From contig OX597823.1 in NCBI GenBank assembly GCA_951406725.2, positions 42,284,001 through 42,348,000 on the forward strand: a stretch of DNA of 64,000 bases. Reading direction: 5' to 3'. Every line of letters starts with the position of its first letter. Position 1 is the first letter of the stretch. The position numbers and the translations under genes are program-made. The DNA is from Octopus vulgaris. Lineage: Eukaryota. The notes under the pieces were generated by a model that saw nothing but the letters and a program-made list of their open reading frames with translations, did not search any database and was not told where the DNA came from. Positions 49,585-63,210 of this stretch are shown in pieces.

Positions 49585-49773
49585 TCTTTTATATTTTACT
49601 TGTTTTAGTCATTTGATTGCAGCCATGCTGGGGTATGGCCTTGGATTTTTTTAGTCGAATGAATCAACCTGGTACTTATTCTATCAGTCTCTTTTGCCAA
49701 ATCTCTAAGTTACAGGATACAAACACATTAACACCAAGCGTTAGTGGGGTACAAACACAAACACACACACATC

Positions 49774-49822
<49 letters not shown>

Positions 49823-49973
49823 AGTGGCTGTGTGGTAAGTAGCTTGCTTACCAACCACATGGTTCTGGGTTCAGTCCCACTGTGTGGCACCTTGGGCAAG
49901 TGTCTTCTACTATAGCCTTGGGCCAACCAAAGCCTTGTGAGTGGATTTGGTAGACGGAAACTGAAACAATATG

Positions 49974-50030
<57 letters not shown>

Positions 50031-50272
50031 GTGTATGTGTGTGTGTGTATGTATGTTTGTGTGTCTGTGTTTGTTCCCACAACATCACTTGACAACCGAT
50101 GCTGGTGTGTTTACGTCCCTGTAACTTATTGGTTCAGCAAAAGAGACTGATAGAATAAGTACTAGGCTTACAAAGAATAAGTCCTGGGGTTGATTTGCTC
50201 GACTAAAGGGAGTGCTCCAGCATGATCACAGTCAAATAAATGAAACAAGTAAAAGAGTAAAGAGAAAAAAGA

Positions 50273-50310
<38 letters not shown>

Positions 50311-50465
50311 AGCTTCTTTCAATTTCCATCTACTAAATCCACTCACATGTCTTTGGTTTCACCAAGGCTATAGTAGCAGACACTTACATAAGGTGTCACA
50401 CAGTGAGACTGAACCTGGAACTGTGTGGTTGGCAAGCAAGCGTCTTAACACACAGCCATGTCTGT
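49585..50465. mobile_element. Plus-strand SINE (49821-50272) nested in the internal (TA)n of a minus-strand SINE of the same family
   Basis: Order: minus tail (49585-49775), (TA)n, full plus copy, (TA)n, minus head (50305-50465). Confidence 0.85.
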
Positions 50466-51799
50466 GTATGTATGTGCGAATGTGTTCTCGAATACTCACT
50501 GGTAGTAAGCATAGATGTATATTTTTAATTTTAGGGTGTAATTTGAACGCTACAAATTTTTTCAGATTGTATGCAGCTCAAGTCTAGATTTCCAAGATTT
50601 CTATAAAGCCACAGCAGCAGTCTTGTATGCCCAACAGCAGTGTATCGCCGTGGGCTCTCTGTCTCTAACAGATGAGGAAAGAGATATAGTAACGAGCATT
50701 TCAATAGAAACATGAAAGTGGGTAAAAAAAAATAATAATAGTCAAAAAGAATGTGAGCATTTTGTGAATATATTCATAAAATATAGATAAAATATATAAC
50801 CGAAAGAAATATTACTTGTTCCACTGCAATATGTTTTGACATAATCTTGAAGAGACATTTCGTAAAAGTTTAACTTCAGTTAAGTTTGCTATTTTAATAT
50901 ATATTCTGTGTATATATATATATATATATATTGCATTTTGAAAAATTTCTATACATGAGTGAGTGTTTGTGTAACTATTGTGCATATGTGTATGTTTGTG
51001 TATATATAAATATATCTTTTTGATGGTAGAAAAAAAACTATGTACACACTATTTGTAAGGTGTAGATATATGTGCATGTATGCATATATATATGTGTGTG
51101 TGTGTGTGTGTGTTTATGTATGTATATCTATGTAAGTGTATTTATATATATATATATATGTATGCGTATATATTTCATATACATATGTATATAATATATA
51201 TGTACACACACACACACAAACATATATACATGTACATACACACACACATATATATGTATGTATATACAAGCTTGTTTGTGTTATGCTGTCTCAGAATACA
51301 TTTACATGTGTAGATATACAGTTATGAACACATTTATAGACTAGATATTTGTGTGTACATTTATACATATAAACATGAAAGTCTGCGTGTGTACATGTGT
51401 ATGTATGTATGAATGTATGTGCGTGTGTGTGTCGCTCTATATATATATGCAATTCTAAAATAGTTGTTTGTTCTCCTTTTTTATTTTCTTTTGTTCATTA
51501 TATTTGTCCTTAGAAATGTTTTGTGTGTCTAAATATAACTGCAAAAGACATTTAGTTAAAATGAAGATTTCAAAACTAAACTATGATAGTAATATCAAAC
51601 TCTTCATATTCAACTATCTGCTTCCATATATAAATATGTGTGTGTGTAGTGTATGTGTGTGTGTGTGTGCATATGTGTGTCAGTGATCAATCTCATATGT
51701 GTGCATTGAATATATGCCTACATGTGAGTAGTTGTCTTTCCTCATATTTATTGTTCAGTTTTTTAATCTATATATAATATGGACATATGTGTATGCTTG

Positions 51800-51849
<50 letters not shown>

Positions 51850-52466
51850 ATGAAAAAGCATCAAAGAAAATCTATAAATGGTAGGATATATATATACATA
51901 CACATTTACACACATGTTTCTATATATATGCATATATCTTGTCATTTATAGATTTTCTCTGGTGCTTCTTTCTGTTTGCTTTGCTTTCTCTATCTTTTTG
52001 AAGATTTATCAATGCACCAACATACACACACACACACCCACTCACATATGTGCATACACTTCACTCATTCTCTCTCTTTCTCTTACATATACATATACAT
52101 CCGCATTATGTAAAATTAGATTCTCTCTTGAAACCAACCTCCAGGGAGAACAAGCGTTGTGAAATAGAATGTAATTTCCCAGCCAGCTGAGTCCAAGACA
52201 TGGTTTTTATTCCTGGTTCTAACTAATTCACTTCTCTTTCAATCAGCTATGCACTCAGGAGAAGTGTGTGCATGTCACATCTTCTTTCTCCTCCTTAGTT
52301 CTCTCTGAAATTCTTCGGCTGCTCCAAGTCTAACTGGATAACACGACAACAAGAATCTACTCCTGTATATCTTCCAGAGACAGAATGAGAAGAAATACTG
52401 TTTTTTTTTTTATTGTTTTACTTTATTTAAGTAAGTGTGTGAAAACGTATGTGTGTGTGTGTGCAC

Positions 52467-52524
<58 letters not shown>

Positions 52525-54659
52525 TACACACATGCACACACACATATATGTGCACACTCATACATACACTTATGCCAATATTAATCTATTACATCATCAT
52601 CGTCAGTGTCTTGTTACAATTATTGGTGCCACCATCATTATCACTACCACCCCCACCATCATCTTCATCATCACTCTCATCATCCTTGATCTTTTGTTGG
52701 TTCCATCTCTGTTGTCATTGTCATCATAGCTTCCAAAGTTATCACTTTCTTTGCTCTTCATCATATCAGATATATTATCAGTTCTTTTATCACTATCATC
52801 ATCATCATCATCATAATCCTTATAATGAGCCTTTTTATCATTCGTCTATATAATCATCTTCATAATCATCCTTTTTGTCATCAAGATTCTTATCACTGTC
52901 ATTGTTGTTGTCATCAACAGCCTTTATAAATGTCATTGACATCAACGTCCTTAACAGCACTGGCATCATCATCATCATGCACAGTATCAATATGAACATA
53001 ATCATCAGCCTTATTATTATCATCATCATCATCATAATTGATCATTATGTCAACCTTCTTCTTTGCCTCCTCCTCCTCCTTTGTCTTCATCCTCTAATCA
53101 ACATTGTCGTTATCTTTGTCATCATCCTGTAACTATCATCATCATCATCATCATCATGCTTATCATCATCTTATAATGAACATTGTCATCTTCATCATCA
53201 TCATCTGCAATAACAATTATCTGCCAACATAATTTGCTAAGGTTTACATTCAAATTAGTTTTGCTTCATCGCTGTTTACTACTTTTGAACGTTCTCTTAC
53301 ACACCATTCAGTATACTCTGTACCTGTGTATGTGCATACATAGTTATGTTTGAGTATGCGTGTATGTTTATGCTAATCTGTCTTTTGTTAATTTCTTAGT
53401 TTTAACAGAACTACAACGTTCATTAATATTTATTATAATTTTCTCATGAATTTTCAACTTCCATCTGTTTTTTTTTTTCATTTTTTTCTATTTTCTTGCT
53501 TCCCCATCCTTTTCCAATTATCATTATTACAAATGCTATTATAATTATTATTAGAAACAACTGTGGTTGGCTAGAATCAGAGCAATGCCAGATAAAATGA
53601 AAAGGCATTATTTATTTACCTTCCTCTAAAATCCTAAGTTCAAACCTTCTCAGGGTCAGCTTTTGTCTCCCGTTCTTTTGCTTCAATAAAATGAAGAACC
53701 ACCCAATTACTGAAACAATATGACTGATTATTTGATTTCTTCCTAAATTTATAGTTGGTCACAAAAACAAAAAAAAACAAAAAAAACTCAATAAATTCTA
53801 GAAAGTGGATTTCAGTAACATGGGTGTCAAGCTGTAGCAACCATGCCAAAGTAGAAACTGGGGCATGCTGCAGTCTTTGGAACCACCAGATCTTGTCAAA
53901 ACCACCCCACCCATGCCAGCATGAAACACTGACATTAAATAATGATGATGGTGGTGATAATGATGATGATGATGATGATGTTATTCTGCTTGACTGATAA
54001 TGGAAGTTTCAGTGTCATAGTTTAAACAATCTTAACTATGGAAGGATACTTAAGACAAAATTGAAGCCTATAATACAGTATATGAAGTGTAAGTTAAAAT
54101 GTAACAACATAACCTTGAAACTATGGAACAAAACTGTAGATATAATCAAAGTCTGTCAGCATTCTCAAACAAGTTTGACTGTTATGCCTTAAACAATGTT
54201 AACTATGGAGCACAATCAAAGACATAACTGAGACAGTTAACTCATTGGAATGTTGCTGTAAGGCTCTTTAAATCTATGAATCAAAATAAAAATATGAAAA
54301 TTTATAAATCATGGAATTTCAATGAAGTTTATTAGTTATTATTAATGGTGCTAGAGGGTGATGGCTTCTAATTTAAAGCAGAATTTCCCTATATTTTCTT
54401 TTCATACCCTTCCTTTTCTGATTCCAATTTACATTTGTGTTAGGTTATTAGTTGTTAATTATATATTAAAATCAGTTCAGTCAAATACATCTTACATCTT
54501 CTCAATAGCAGAGGCTGTCTAAATAATTTTATACAACATCAGGCATAGTACAAAACTAGGACGAGCACATATATATGACCCACAATATACATAGATTCGT
54601 ATTGGGTCTCTTAGACAAGTCATGCACCTGGGTAACTTCCCAGTGTACCCATGTCTTAA

Positions 54660-54865
54660 CCCTTTAACATTTAGATTATTCAGTCAAATATAATACTTAT
54701 CTATTCACAGTTTTGAATTAATCATGCTTTATGTTGTAGCTTCAATATGATGTAATGATGTGATTGTTTATTTTTAGAATAACATTGTAGGGTATGTGTG
54801 AGAGACCAGAACATAAGATGGGTAAAATATTTGAGCCAAATATTGCTGGATTAAATGCCAAAGGG
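54660..54865. mobile_element. piggyBac-type MITE
   Basis: TTAA|CCCTTTAACATTTA...TAAATGCCAAAGGG|TTAA (TTAA at 54656-54659 and 54866-54869). Confidence 0.85.
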
Positions 54866-55503
54866 TTAAAATGGTACTCCCCAAAGGGAATTGTTTATAG
54901 AGCTATTTTATGGTAGTTTCTTTTTGTTTTTAAACTAAATACCTTATTTTCATATTAAAAATTCTTCGAGAATTAGCTTTTCCATTTGTCCTTCGAAGGA
55001 TTTTAAATCAAGCAGCAGTAATAGTATTAAGCTAATTTAATCACCAATATTTTCTCACAAAAAAAAAAAGGAAATGACTTTATGCCTAATTAAAAAAAAA
55101 AGTTGATTCAATTAATAGTATTGTAACACTATGATTTCAACAAATGAGGTTTAACACCCAGTTTCAATTCCTTCCAGAACATCACTTCAATTATGTGTAA
55201 TTTTGTCACTAATGGTGTTTCTAATGCCTTTGAGAGTGGCATGAAAGTCACAATTAGCAACTATACTTCCCTTAAGAATACAAGACAGAAAGTACTTATC
55301 AGAATTCTTTAATAATACTTTAGAATTATTACTGTGGCAGATGTTATTATATAGTAAAATTCTTGGCAAAATGAATCTACAATTTGGAATTAAGTTCCTG
55401 ATTCAAACTCCCTAACATTATACGATATTTTCTCCCCTCATTATAACTATTTTGGCTGATTTTAGTTCAGGATTATTACTTACTTATTTATTTTTTGCTA
55501 CCT

Positions 55504-55856
55504 GGCTGTTAGATCAAAAAGTTTGCTTCCCAGTGTTACAGTTCGGAGTTTGGTCTCATTCTGTGGCAACTTGGGCAAGTGTTTTCTACTAAGTTCCTGG
55601 ACTGACCAATGCCTTGTGAATGGATTTAGTAGATGAAAACTGAAAGACACCCTTCATGTGTATGTCGTAGTTGTTAATGAGTGTCACAGTGTCATTTCCA
55701 ATATTCTGCAAGAACATGTCTGGCCATGAAGAAATACAGGTGAGGGTTGGCAACAGGAAGGGTATCCAGCTGTAGAAAATGTGTCTCAATAAACTCCATC
55801 CAACCCATGCAAGCATGGAAAATGAACATTACATTTATGATGATGACAATGATGAT
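55504..55856 (+). mobile_element. tRNA/CORE-head SINE with RTE-derived tail (tail B)
   Basis: Same head as tail-A copies; 3' end AGGAAGGG.ATCCAGCTGTAGAAA...CCCATGCAAGCATGGAAAA...(GAT)n is shared with the RTE LINEs. Confidence 0.8.
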
Positions 55857-56554
55857 GCTCCTTCTTTAACTTCCTTTTTATTTTTGTTTTTGTCTTTCTC
55901 TTTTCAGACTCTTTATGATAATGGTAATAAGTAATTAATAATGAAAAATTAATAAAAATGATAATAATAATATTAATAATAATACTGATAATAAATATTT
56001 ATGATGATGATGATGATGTAAATAAAAACAGCTATAATTAATGATAAAATATATTTAAAAAAGAAAAAAATCAAAACCAGTATTTAACAGTTCCTTTTTG
56101 TTTTTTTATACCTTTTTTCGTTATTATTTTATATTTTTCTTCATTTTTATTTTTTCCCCATCTGATAGGAAGTGAACTACCTGTCACCAAAGGTAAATAC
56201 GATCTGATATATTGAATGAAAAAAAAAACTCTTCTACCAGAGTTCATCTTGAGCATGTGTAAAGAAAAAAAAAATTGTCTGACGCACGACAGCAACATTA
56301 CAAGCAGTATCATGTAGTTTAACACGCCACATTCAGATATTGAGTGCTTCACACCTTCAGTTAACTGGTTTTTTTCTTTTTGGATTTTGGTTTTGTTTCT
56401 TTTCCTTTTTCTTTTTACTTAACTACTTATTTATTTTTGGCCAAAACTTTTGCAAAACGAGGATGTTTCTAATTTATTAGGACTCTATGTGTGTGTATGT
56501 GTAGGCATGTATATGTGTGTGTGTGTGTGCACACATAGATGCATACATATATGA

Positions 56555-56591
<37 letters not shown>

Positions 56592-57100
56592 TACATGCAC
56601 ATACATATATATGCAAATGCAAGAACTATATGTATGCATATATATATATATCAACATTCTAACAACTCAGTCTCCTGACCACTGGAGTAGTTTATTAAAT
56701 AAATTTGGGTTTTTTTTTTTGTTATTTTATATTAATAGACTTTAGATGCTGATTGATTAGACTAATAAATAAATGGGAGATAGATATTTGACTAAAATAG
56801 AGAAAACACATTGCCCGTATATGTCAGATTGATTAAAGAATAATTAGAAACACTGCCTGTTGAGTAAATACAAAGACTGATGCAATGTGGCACTAGATGA
56901 CAGACTGACTAAATACAGGAGATATAGACAGTGTTCAGAATATGTTACAGTGGTCGGGACAAGCTATGTATTTTGACTGATTATAGATAGAAAGCTCTGT
57001 GGTTGAGAACTTTTCCTTTGAAATTACACATCATGGTTTGGAATTGAAATACACTGCAAGTACCTTTTACTATAGCTTGAAGTCATTTTTTTTTAATGAC

Positions 57101-57425
57101 CAGTGGTTCTCAAGCATGGTCCATGTAAGACTTTTGGGGGTCCACGCAAACAAAACAGTATATTGGGGATCCACAGTGGTTTATTAAGGGTCCGTGAAAA
57201 CATTTTGCTTCAGATGTATTTAATGCAAGAAACAGCTAGGTTTCTTTCCCTAATGTTTTACACAGTCCAACCTATAGAAATTAATGTGTGAAAAGCAGAA
57301 TAGGAATTTTGAAGAAATTTTTATAAAACTAGGTTTTAAACATTGAATGGCTACAGGGGTCCACCAGAATAGAATTGTAATCAAAATGGCTCCATAGATT
57401 AAAAAACAATGGTTTTGAACCACTG
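57101..57425. mobile_element. hAT (Charlie-like) MITE
   Basis: TIRs CAGTGGTTCTCAA / TTTTGAACCACTG; 8-bp TSD TTAATGAC (57093-57100) / TTAATGGC (57426-57433). Confidence 0.85.
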
Positions 57426-57859
57426 TTAATGGCATTTGCTTTATTGACTGTTGGTGGGGCCCTGGTTTAATACCTCACTATCTGGCTAATGTGTGTTTTT
57501 AGTAGACCCTATTCCATTACAAACATTCAGAACAAGTGATTGGTTTCAGAATTAATTCTTCCCTTCCCAGCCACCACCACCACCACCACCACCACCACCA
57601 GTTGTGAAAGTCCCAGAAAAATTGTGGGTGCTGCTTTTCCACCTCTGATGAAGAATAAATTTTAAAATGCAATCCCTACAGATACCAGCTGTGTATAGAG
57701 GTAGGAATAGAATACATCTTGTGGATATGTACATGATATAAAAATATATTTAAGATTTACAAAATTTTTTTTGTAATGATAATGAACTAATTGTATACAG
57801 TGTTCAGATGCTCTATGGTCACCAGAAAAGAATTAAAAATGAGGTGGGGGATTCAGAAA

Positions 57860-58125
57860 GCAACTGTAAGTCAAGTAAAGTGAGATACAAAGGAAAAATA
57901 GAAATACATGGACAGTACACGAAATAAAGCATAAAAAGACAGAACAGTAAACATTATAAGACCCATGAAAAGGAAAGGGTGTATAGGCACATCAAGAAGT
58001 TGCAGATTTCAGGAAGCATAGAATTTTTGAAGAAAATGATACATCTATACAATATATTTGTGGACAGAAAAAGAGGCGAAACAGTTGTACATATGTTTAG
58101 TTTCTAGTTGGGCTTGTCATCAGTA
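57860..58125 (-). mobile_element. Decayed interspersed repeat, possibly Penelope pLTR-related
   Basis: Shares AGGAAGCAT..AATTTTTGAAGAA with 34400-34430 and TGTACTGTC with 13735; a minus-strand CTGATGA...GAAAC motif lies at ~58100-58123. Confidence 0.4.
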
Positions 58126-59128
58126 TTAATCGATTCAGGGTTTTTGCAGTATTGCAGTGTTTGCTTATGCTATGTGTCTAATAATACCAAAGGTGTGATT
58201 GCTCTCAAGAACCAGTTTAACCTCTCACATGTTCCACTATGAAAAACTCTTTCAGTAACATTAAATTTTAACATCTACAGCTTGCTACAAAGTTCTCCAT
58301 TCTTCTTGCATGCAGTCACCTACAACCACAACTACTACACCTACAACTACTACTGCATCTACTACCATTTATCCGACTCTATAACCTCTACTACACCTCA
58401 TACACATACTATCACTAATATTACTAATACATATGCTATCACGATATCCACTGAAACTATGGTTTCTGCTATATCTGTAAGTAATGTCATTTTTATATTC
58501 AGCGTTAAACAGTTCAAAATTTAAGAATTACCATGGCCATGAGGTGAAGAAGATTGCTTTGCAGCTATGTAGTTTCAAATTTAGTCCTACTGTGCAGTAC
58601 CAAAGTCAGTTGTCTTTTGTTATAGCCAGGGGATATCCAATGGCTTGTGATTGAATTTGGGAGATGAAATTTGGGCAGATGCTTATTGTATGAATGTATG
58701 TGTGTATACATGTGTGAGTTAAGTAATGAGCAAAATGAAGAAGACAAAATAAGAGGGGTAAAACTTATTAATGACATTATTTGTTTAATGCTTAAAAGGA
58801 AGAGAAAGAAATGAAAGAGGGAAAAAAGGAAGAGAAGAAGAAAAGGTTATGAGAAAAGAAGGGAACAGAGATGGAAGGTGCAGAGATTAGACATGTTGGG
58901 AGGGAGGGATTGAGGCAAACAGAGAGAAGAGGGAGAAGTAGGAAGGAAAAGAAAGAATAAAGATATATGGTGGTCACATGACATCATGTACAGTGAAGAG
59001 AGCAGTCAAAAAAGAGAGAATCATTCTGCATAAGTGCTAAGCACTTGTGTGTGTGTGTGTGTGTGTGTGTGTCTATGTCAGTGTTTATGTTGGGTCTCTT
59101 TATTTACTGAAACAATGTTATCAACTGT

Positions 59129-59510
59129 GGAGGCGCAATGGCCCAGTGGTTAGGGCAGTGGACTCGCGGTCATAGGATCGCGGTTTCGATTCCCAGACCG
59201 GGCGTTGTGAGTGTTTATTGAGCAAAAACACCTAAAGCTCCACGAATCTCCGGCAGGGGATGGTGGTGATCCCTGCTGTACTCTTTCACCACAACTTTCT
59301 CTCACTCTTACATCCTGTTTCTGTTGTACCTGTATTTCAAAGGGCTGGCCTTGTCACTCTCTGTGTCATGCTGAATATCCCCGAGAACTACGTTAAGGGT
59401 ACACATGTCTGTGGAATGCTCAGCCACTTACATGTTAATTCCACGAGCAGGCTGTTCTGTTGATTCGGATCAACCGGAACCCTCGTCATCGTAACCAACA
59501 GAGTGCTTCC
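59129..59510 (+). mobile_element. Young tRNA-derived SINE with 10-bp TSD
   Basis: Paralogue of 47699-48078; GTTATCAACT at 59117-59126 and 59515-59524. Confidence 0.9.
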
Positions 59511-60142
59511 AACAGTTATCAACTAAATGCATCTAGGTGTTGCCCCATGACCATTTCCAAACAAGTATTTGCTAATTGTTTCAAGTATCCATTTAGTTGC
59601 AACTTGACATAAACACCATCTTGGCAGCCTGACACTTTATCTAGAGGACATGATACCTGGAGAGAGAGAGGGCTGAACCAGAATGAGATTGGGACTTACT
59701 TTCAGCTGAGTAGATTGGAGCAATAATATTTTATGTGCCTTGTTTGAGGTTACAGTACACCACCTGGTCTAGGAACCTGACCTCACAATCTTCAGATAAA
59801 CATCATAACCAGTTGGCAATACATGTTCATGAAGATTAATGTAGAAACCCCAGGATTAATCAGTAGAAGTGGACACAAGAGCTATGTGGTGTAGGGAAAG
59901 TGATCTTACTCAATATATTGCAAATTTTGTTGAATCTTTGGAGGGTCATTAGGCCAATAATAAACACATGCACTGGTTCTATTTCACTTTATTTTTATTT
60001 GTCAAGTGGTTAACCATTTAAATAATTATCTAATTGACTGCTTAGTTTAATAAACTGGATTTTGACAAATCTAGTTGATTGATTGAACCAAAGATTAATC
60101 AAACAACTGATTATTTAATTTGTGAAATGGTTTACTAGCTGA

Positions 60143-60470
60143 TTGATAATAATAAGTGAAATAGAATCAGTGCATGTGTTTATTATTGGTATTATGACAT
60201 TCCCAAAGAACATCAAAATATGTTTCAACACACAAGTTCACATCAATAATCTTGCAAACCAATACAAAAATGAAACAGCAAATTTATTTTCAGAAATGCA
60301 GTTCTATATAGTCAATGTTAATAATGGCCAGACAAATGCCACATACTTTCTTGGAAACAGAATTTTAGACATACTTGGTACCAGAGTGCGTGGGAGTAGG
60401 TGCAGCCATCAAATAAATATAACATCATACAACAGAATAACTGTGTTATCTGACTATGAGATATAATTAT
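60143..60470 (+). pseudogene. Possible ancient LINE APE-endonuclease relic
   Basis: Motif-like order IIG..F / NE..NL..EM.F / N.TYF / HTW (shifted frame) / HQIN.. / VLSDY resembles GDFN..NG..NTFF..TW..QIDY..SDH. Confidence 0.35.
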
Positions 60471-62822
60471 GGTTGGAGATAGTATTAATAAAAATATACT
60501 GACTGTGGTGTAAACCAAGTGGGAGTAATTTGGAAAAAATAATTCTAATCCCAGTTTTGTCACAAGATGGATGGGCAAACATACTCTCTCCTTAGAACCT
60601 GAAATGAATCTAATAACATCATCAACTGGAAACCAGAATAACAAGAGAAGGAAGAAAGTGGTGATATATAGACTCCAGTATGTATACAGCTGACACATAT
60701 TTTATTCATAACATAAATATGTTAGGTACAGGTATGGTTGTGTTGGTTACTAAGTCTGCTTCTTTAACATGTGATCTTAGATTTAGTCCAATTGTGAGGA
60801 ACTTTGGAAAAGTAGCTTCTGAAAGCCTTTGTGAGTGGAATTGCAGAAAATGAAAGAAGCCAGTCAAATATACATGTATGCGTGGGAGAATGTGTGTGCG
60901 TGTTTGAGTAAATATATACACACACAACTTATTTTTTATATCATATATACCTCTCTTTTATGTCAAGTTATATAAAAAACAAAAACAAAGGATTGCTCAA
61001 TACATTTTTGTGGAATACATGTTTATTAAGCTTTTACAAGGAAAAGGCTGACAGTTACTTCAAGGTTTCAGCTTGCTCACCAGTCACTGTCAACCTTTTC
61101 TTTGTAAAAATTTGATAAACATATGTATTTGTGTGTGTGTGTGTTTGCATTTACACTTCTCTACAGATTTGTTCAGCTACAATCAGTGACACTGCTATTG
61201 TTTCCCCCATTGACAGGCTGACTGCTAGCTTTGTGCCTTTAAAGTTTCGTGGAATAAGATATCACATACAGGAATGGTTAGTGACAAAACAAGAAAGATA
61301 TCTGGCTGTAAAACAATGCTACAGTGATATGTCCAAGCTGTGCTAGTATGGAAAAATAGACATAAAAATATGCTGCTGGAATACTTTGCAACAGAAAGGG
61401 TGCCTGGCTATAAAACAGTGCCTCAATAATATATACATCCACCCATGCGAGCATGGAAAATGGGTTAATTGATGATGAAGAAATGTGTGAATAAGGTGAG
61501 GAAAAGAAAACTGCAAGATGAAGTTTGGGATACAAGCAAAACAAAATGGAACAAATCCAGCTAGTAAGTACAACTAAATAATTGGTGTATTCATCTCCTT
61601 TGATGTGGTTGAACAACCAATCCAAACCAGTTGGGATTCACAGTGCAGGTTGTACTATTCATTATTTTGATTGCTGAATAAAAAACCATGGCTCACAAAG
61701 GCCCTCTGGGTGAGTTTTCTGAATCACAATCAATCACACCTTTGTATAACAATCTGCCACAAGATTTTACAACTGAGTGGACTGCAGCAATAGGAAATTA
61801 ACTGTTTTACTCAAGAACACAATCTAGGAATTGAAACTGCGATCTTGCAATCATGGGTGCAACATCCTAATCGCTAGACCATATGCCCTTGCACATTTTT
61901 GGATGGCCATTGATTTTTTGGAGTACCTCTGCCCTTTAATGAGTTTTGATTTCCCTCCCACAGCATGTCCAATAAATCACCCTCCTCAGCAAGCTTGCTT
62001 GTTACCAGTTTAGTTGCCAACGATCTGACCAGTAACAAATTGTACTATTGGGTTACAGGTTACCAGTAGCACTTGAGAGACCATTAGTTTCAACAATGAG
62101 GACTCAGTCCAATCAAATGAATTATTTGTTCATTTGATCAACATGTAAGAGGCTGAGTATTCCACAAATATGTATACCCTTAACATAATTCTCAGGCAGA
62201 ATCAGTGTGACAAATGTTTGACAGGGCTGTATCGTTTAAATTACAAGTACAATCCATCTGACTTGCTCCTTTGCAATTTCTGTCGTCCCAGTTTCACTGA
62301 CAGAGTATAAGTTGACCTGAAGTTAAAAGAAATGACATTTACTCAAGGTGTCTCATAATGAGATCAAACCTGGGACCTTATGGCTGCAAGGCTAACTTCT
62401 TTACCACACAGCCATAATGCACCTATAATATTTGGTATGCTATATGTAGGTATTATAATATTCATTATACACAAAACAAGCTGTCAAAATAAAACATACA
62501 CTCAGGCAGACAATCAAATGTGAGAAATAGATAAACACTTGAGACACACTAGACAAAATGAAACAAAGATTTGAATACAAAGAAAGCAAAACAATTAAAA
62601 TCTTGTGTTGATAGAAACTGATTTGGTTTTTGTTTATAAAAGACACTGTAAAAGCGATATTTAAGAAGTATGGCACAATATAGAAATCGTTGTTCTTTAA
62701 ACTGAGGTCACTCTGAATCCAACATTAAGGTCATTTTACTCACATTTGCCATTCCCATGTATTGTATATCTAGGACTCCATTATTTAATGTAGTTCTTTT
62801 ATATTAAGATGGTAAGGGTAAC

Positions 62823-63210
62823 TTAACCATTTTGTCACCACATTCTTTATTTCAATACATTTTTGAAATAATGAAGACTTTGATAAAATAACTTGATCAA
62901 TATTAAGCAAGTGCTTGGAACTTAAATGAACATGAAAGTTTGATGCTAGATTTTCATTTAGATCAATTTAAGTCAGGAATTTTGTATCATAGGACCAGAG
63001 TCTGTTTCAGATGGATTGGTATCAAAAGACTTAATCCTATGTTAGTTTTGATAACGATAACATTACTGTTTAATCTTATTCTTACCATATTTTGGTTAGA
63101 ATACACAACCCAAGTTTCAATTAATTTAGGATAATGAAAAATTCATAAAAACATGAAGATTGTATCATAGAATTAGGGTCAGTGCCAGGTAGGTTGATTT
63201 CAAGAGTTAA
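62823..63210. mobile_element. Two tandem TTAA MITEs (62823-63034 and deleted copy ~63070-63210)
   Basis: TTAACCATTTTGTCACCA...TGGTATCAAAAGACTTAA; both contain TTGTATCATAG. Confidence 0.65.
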
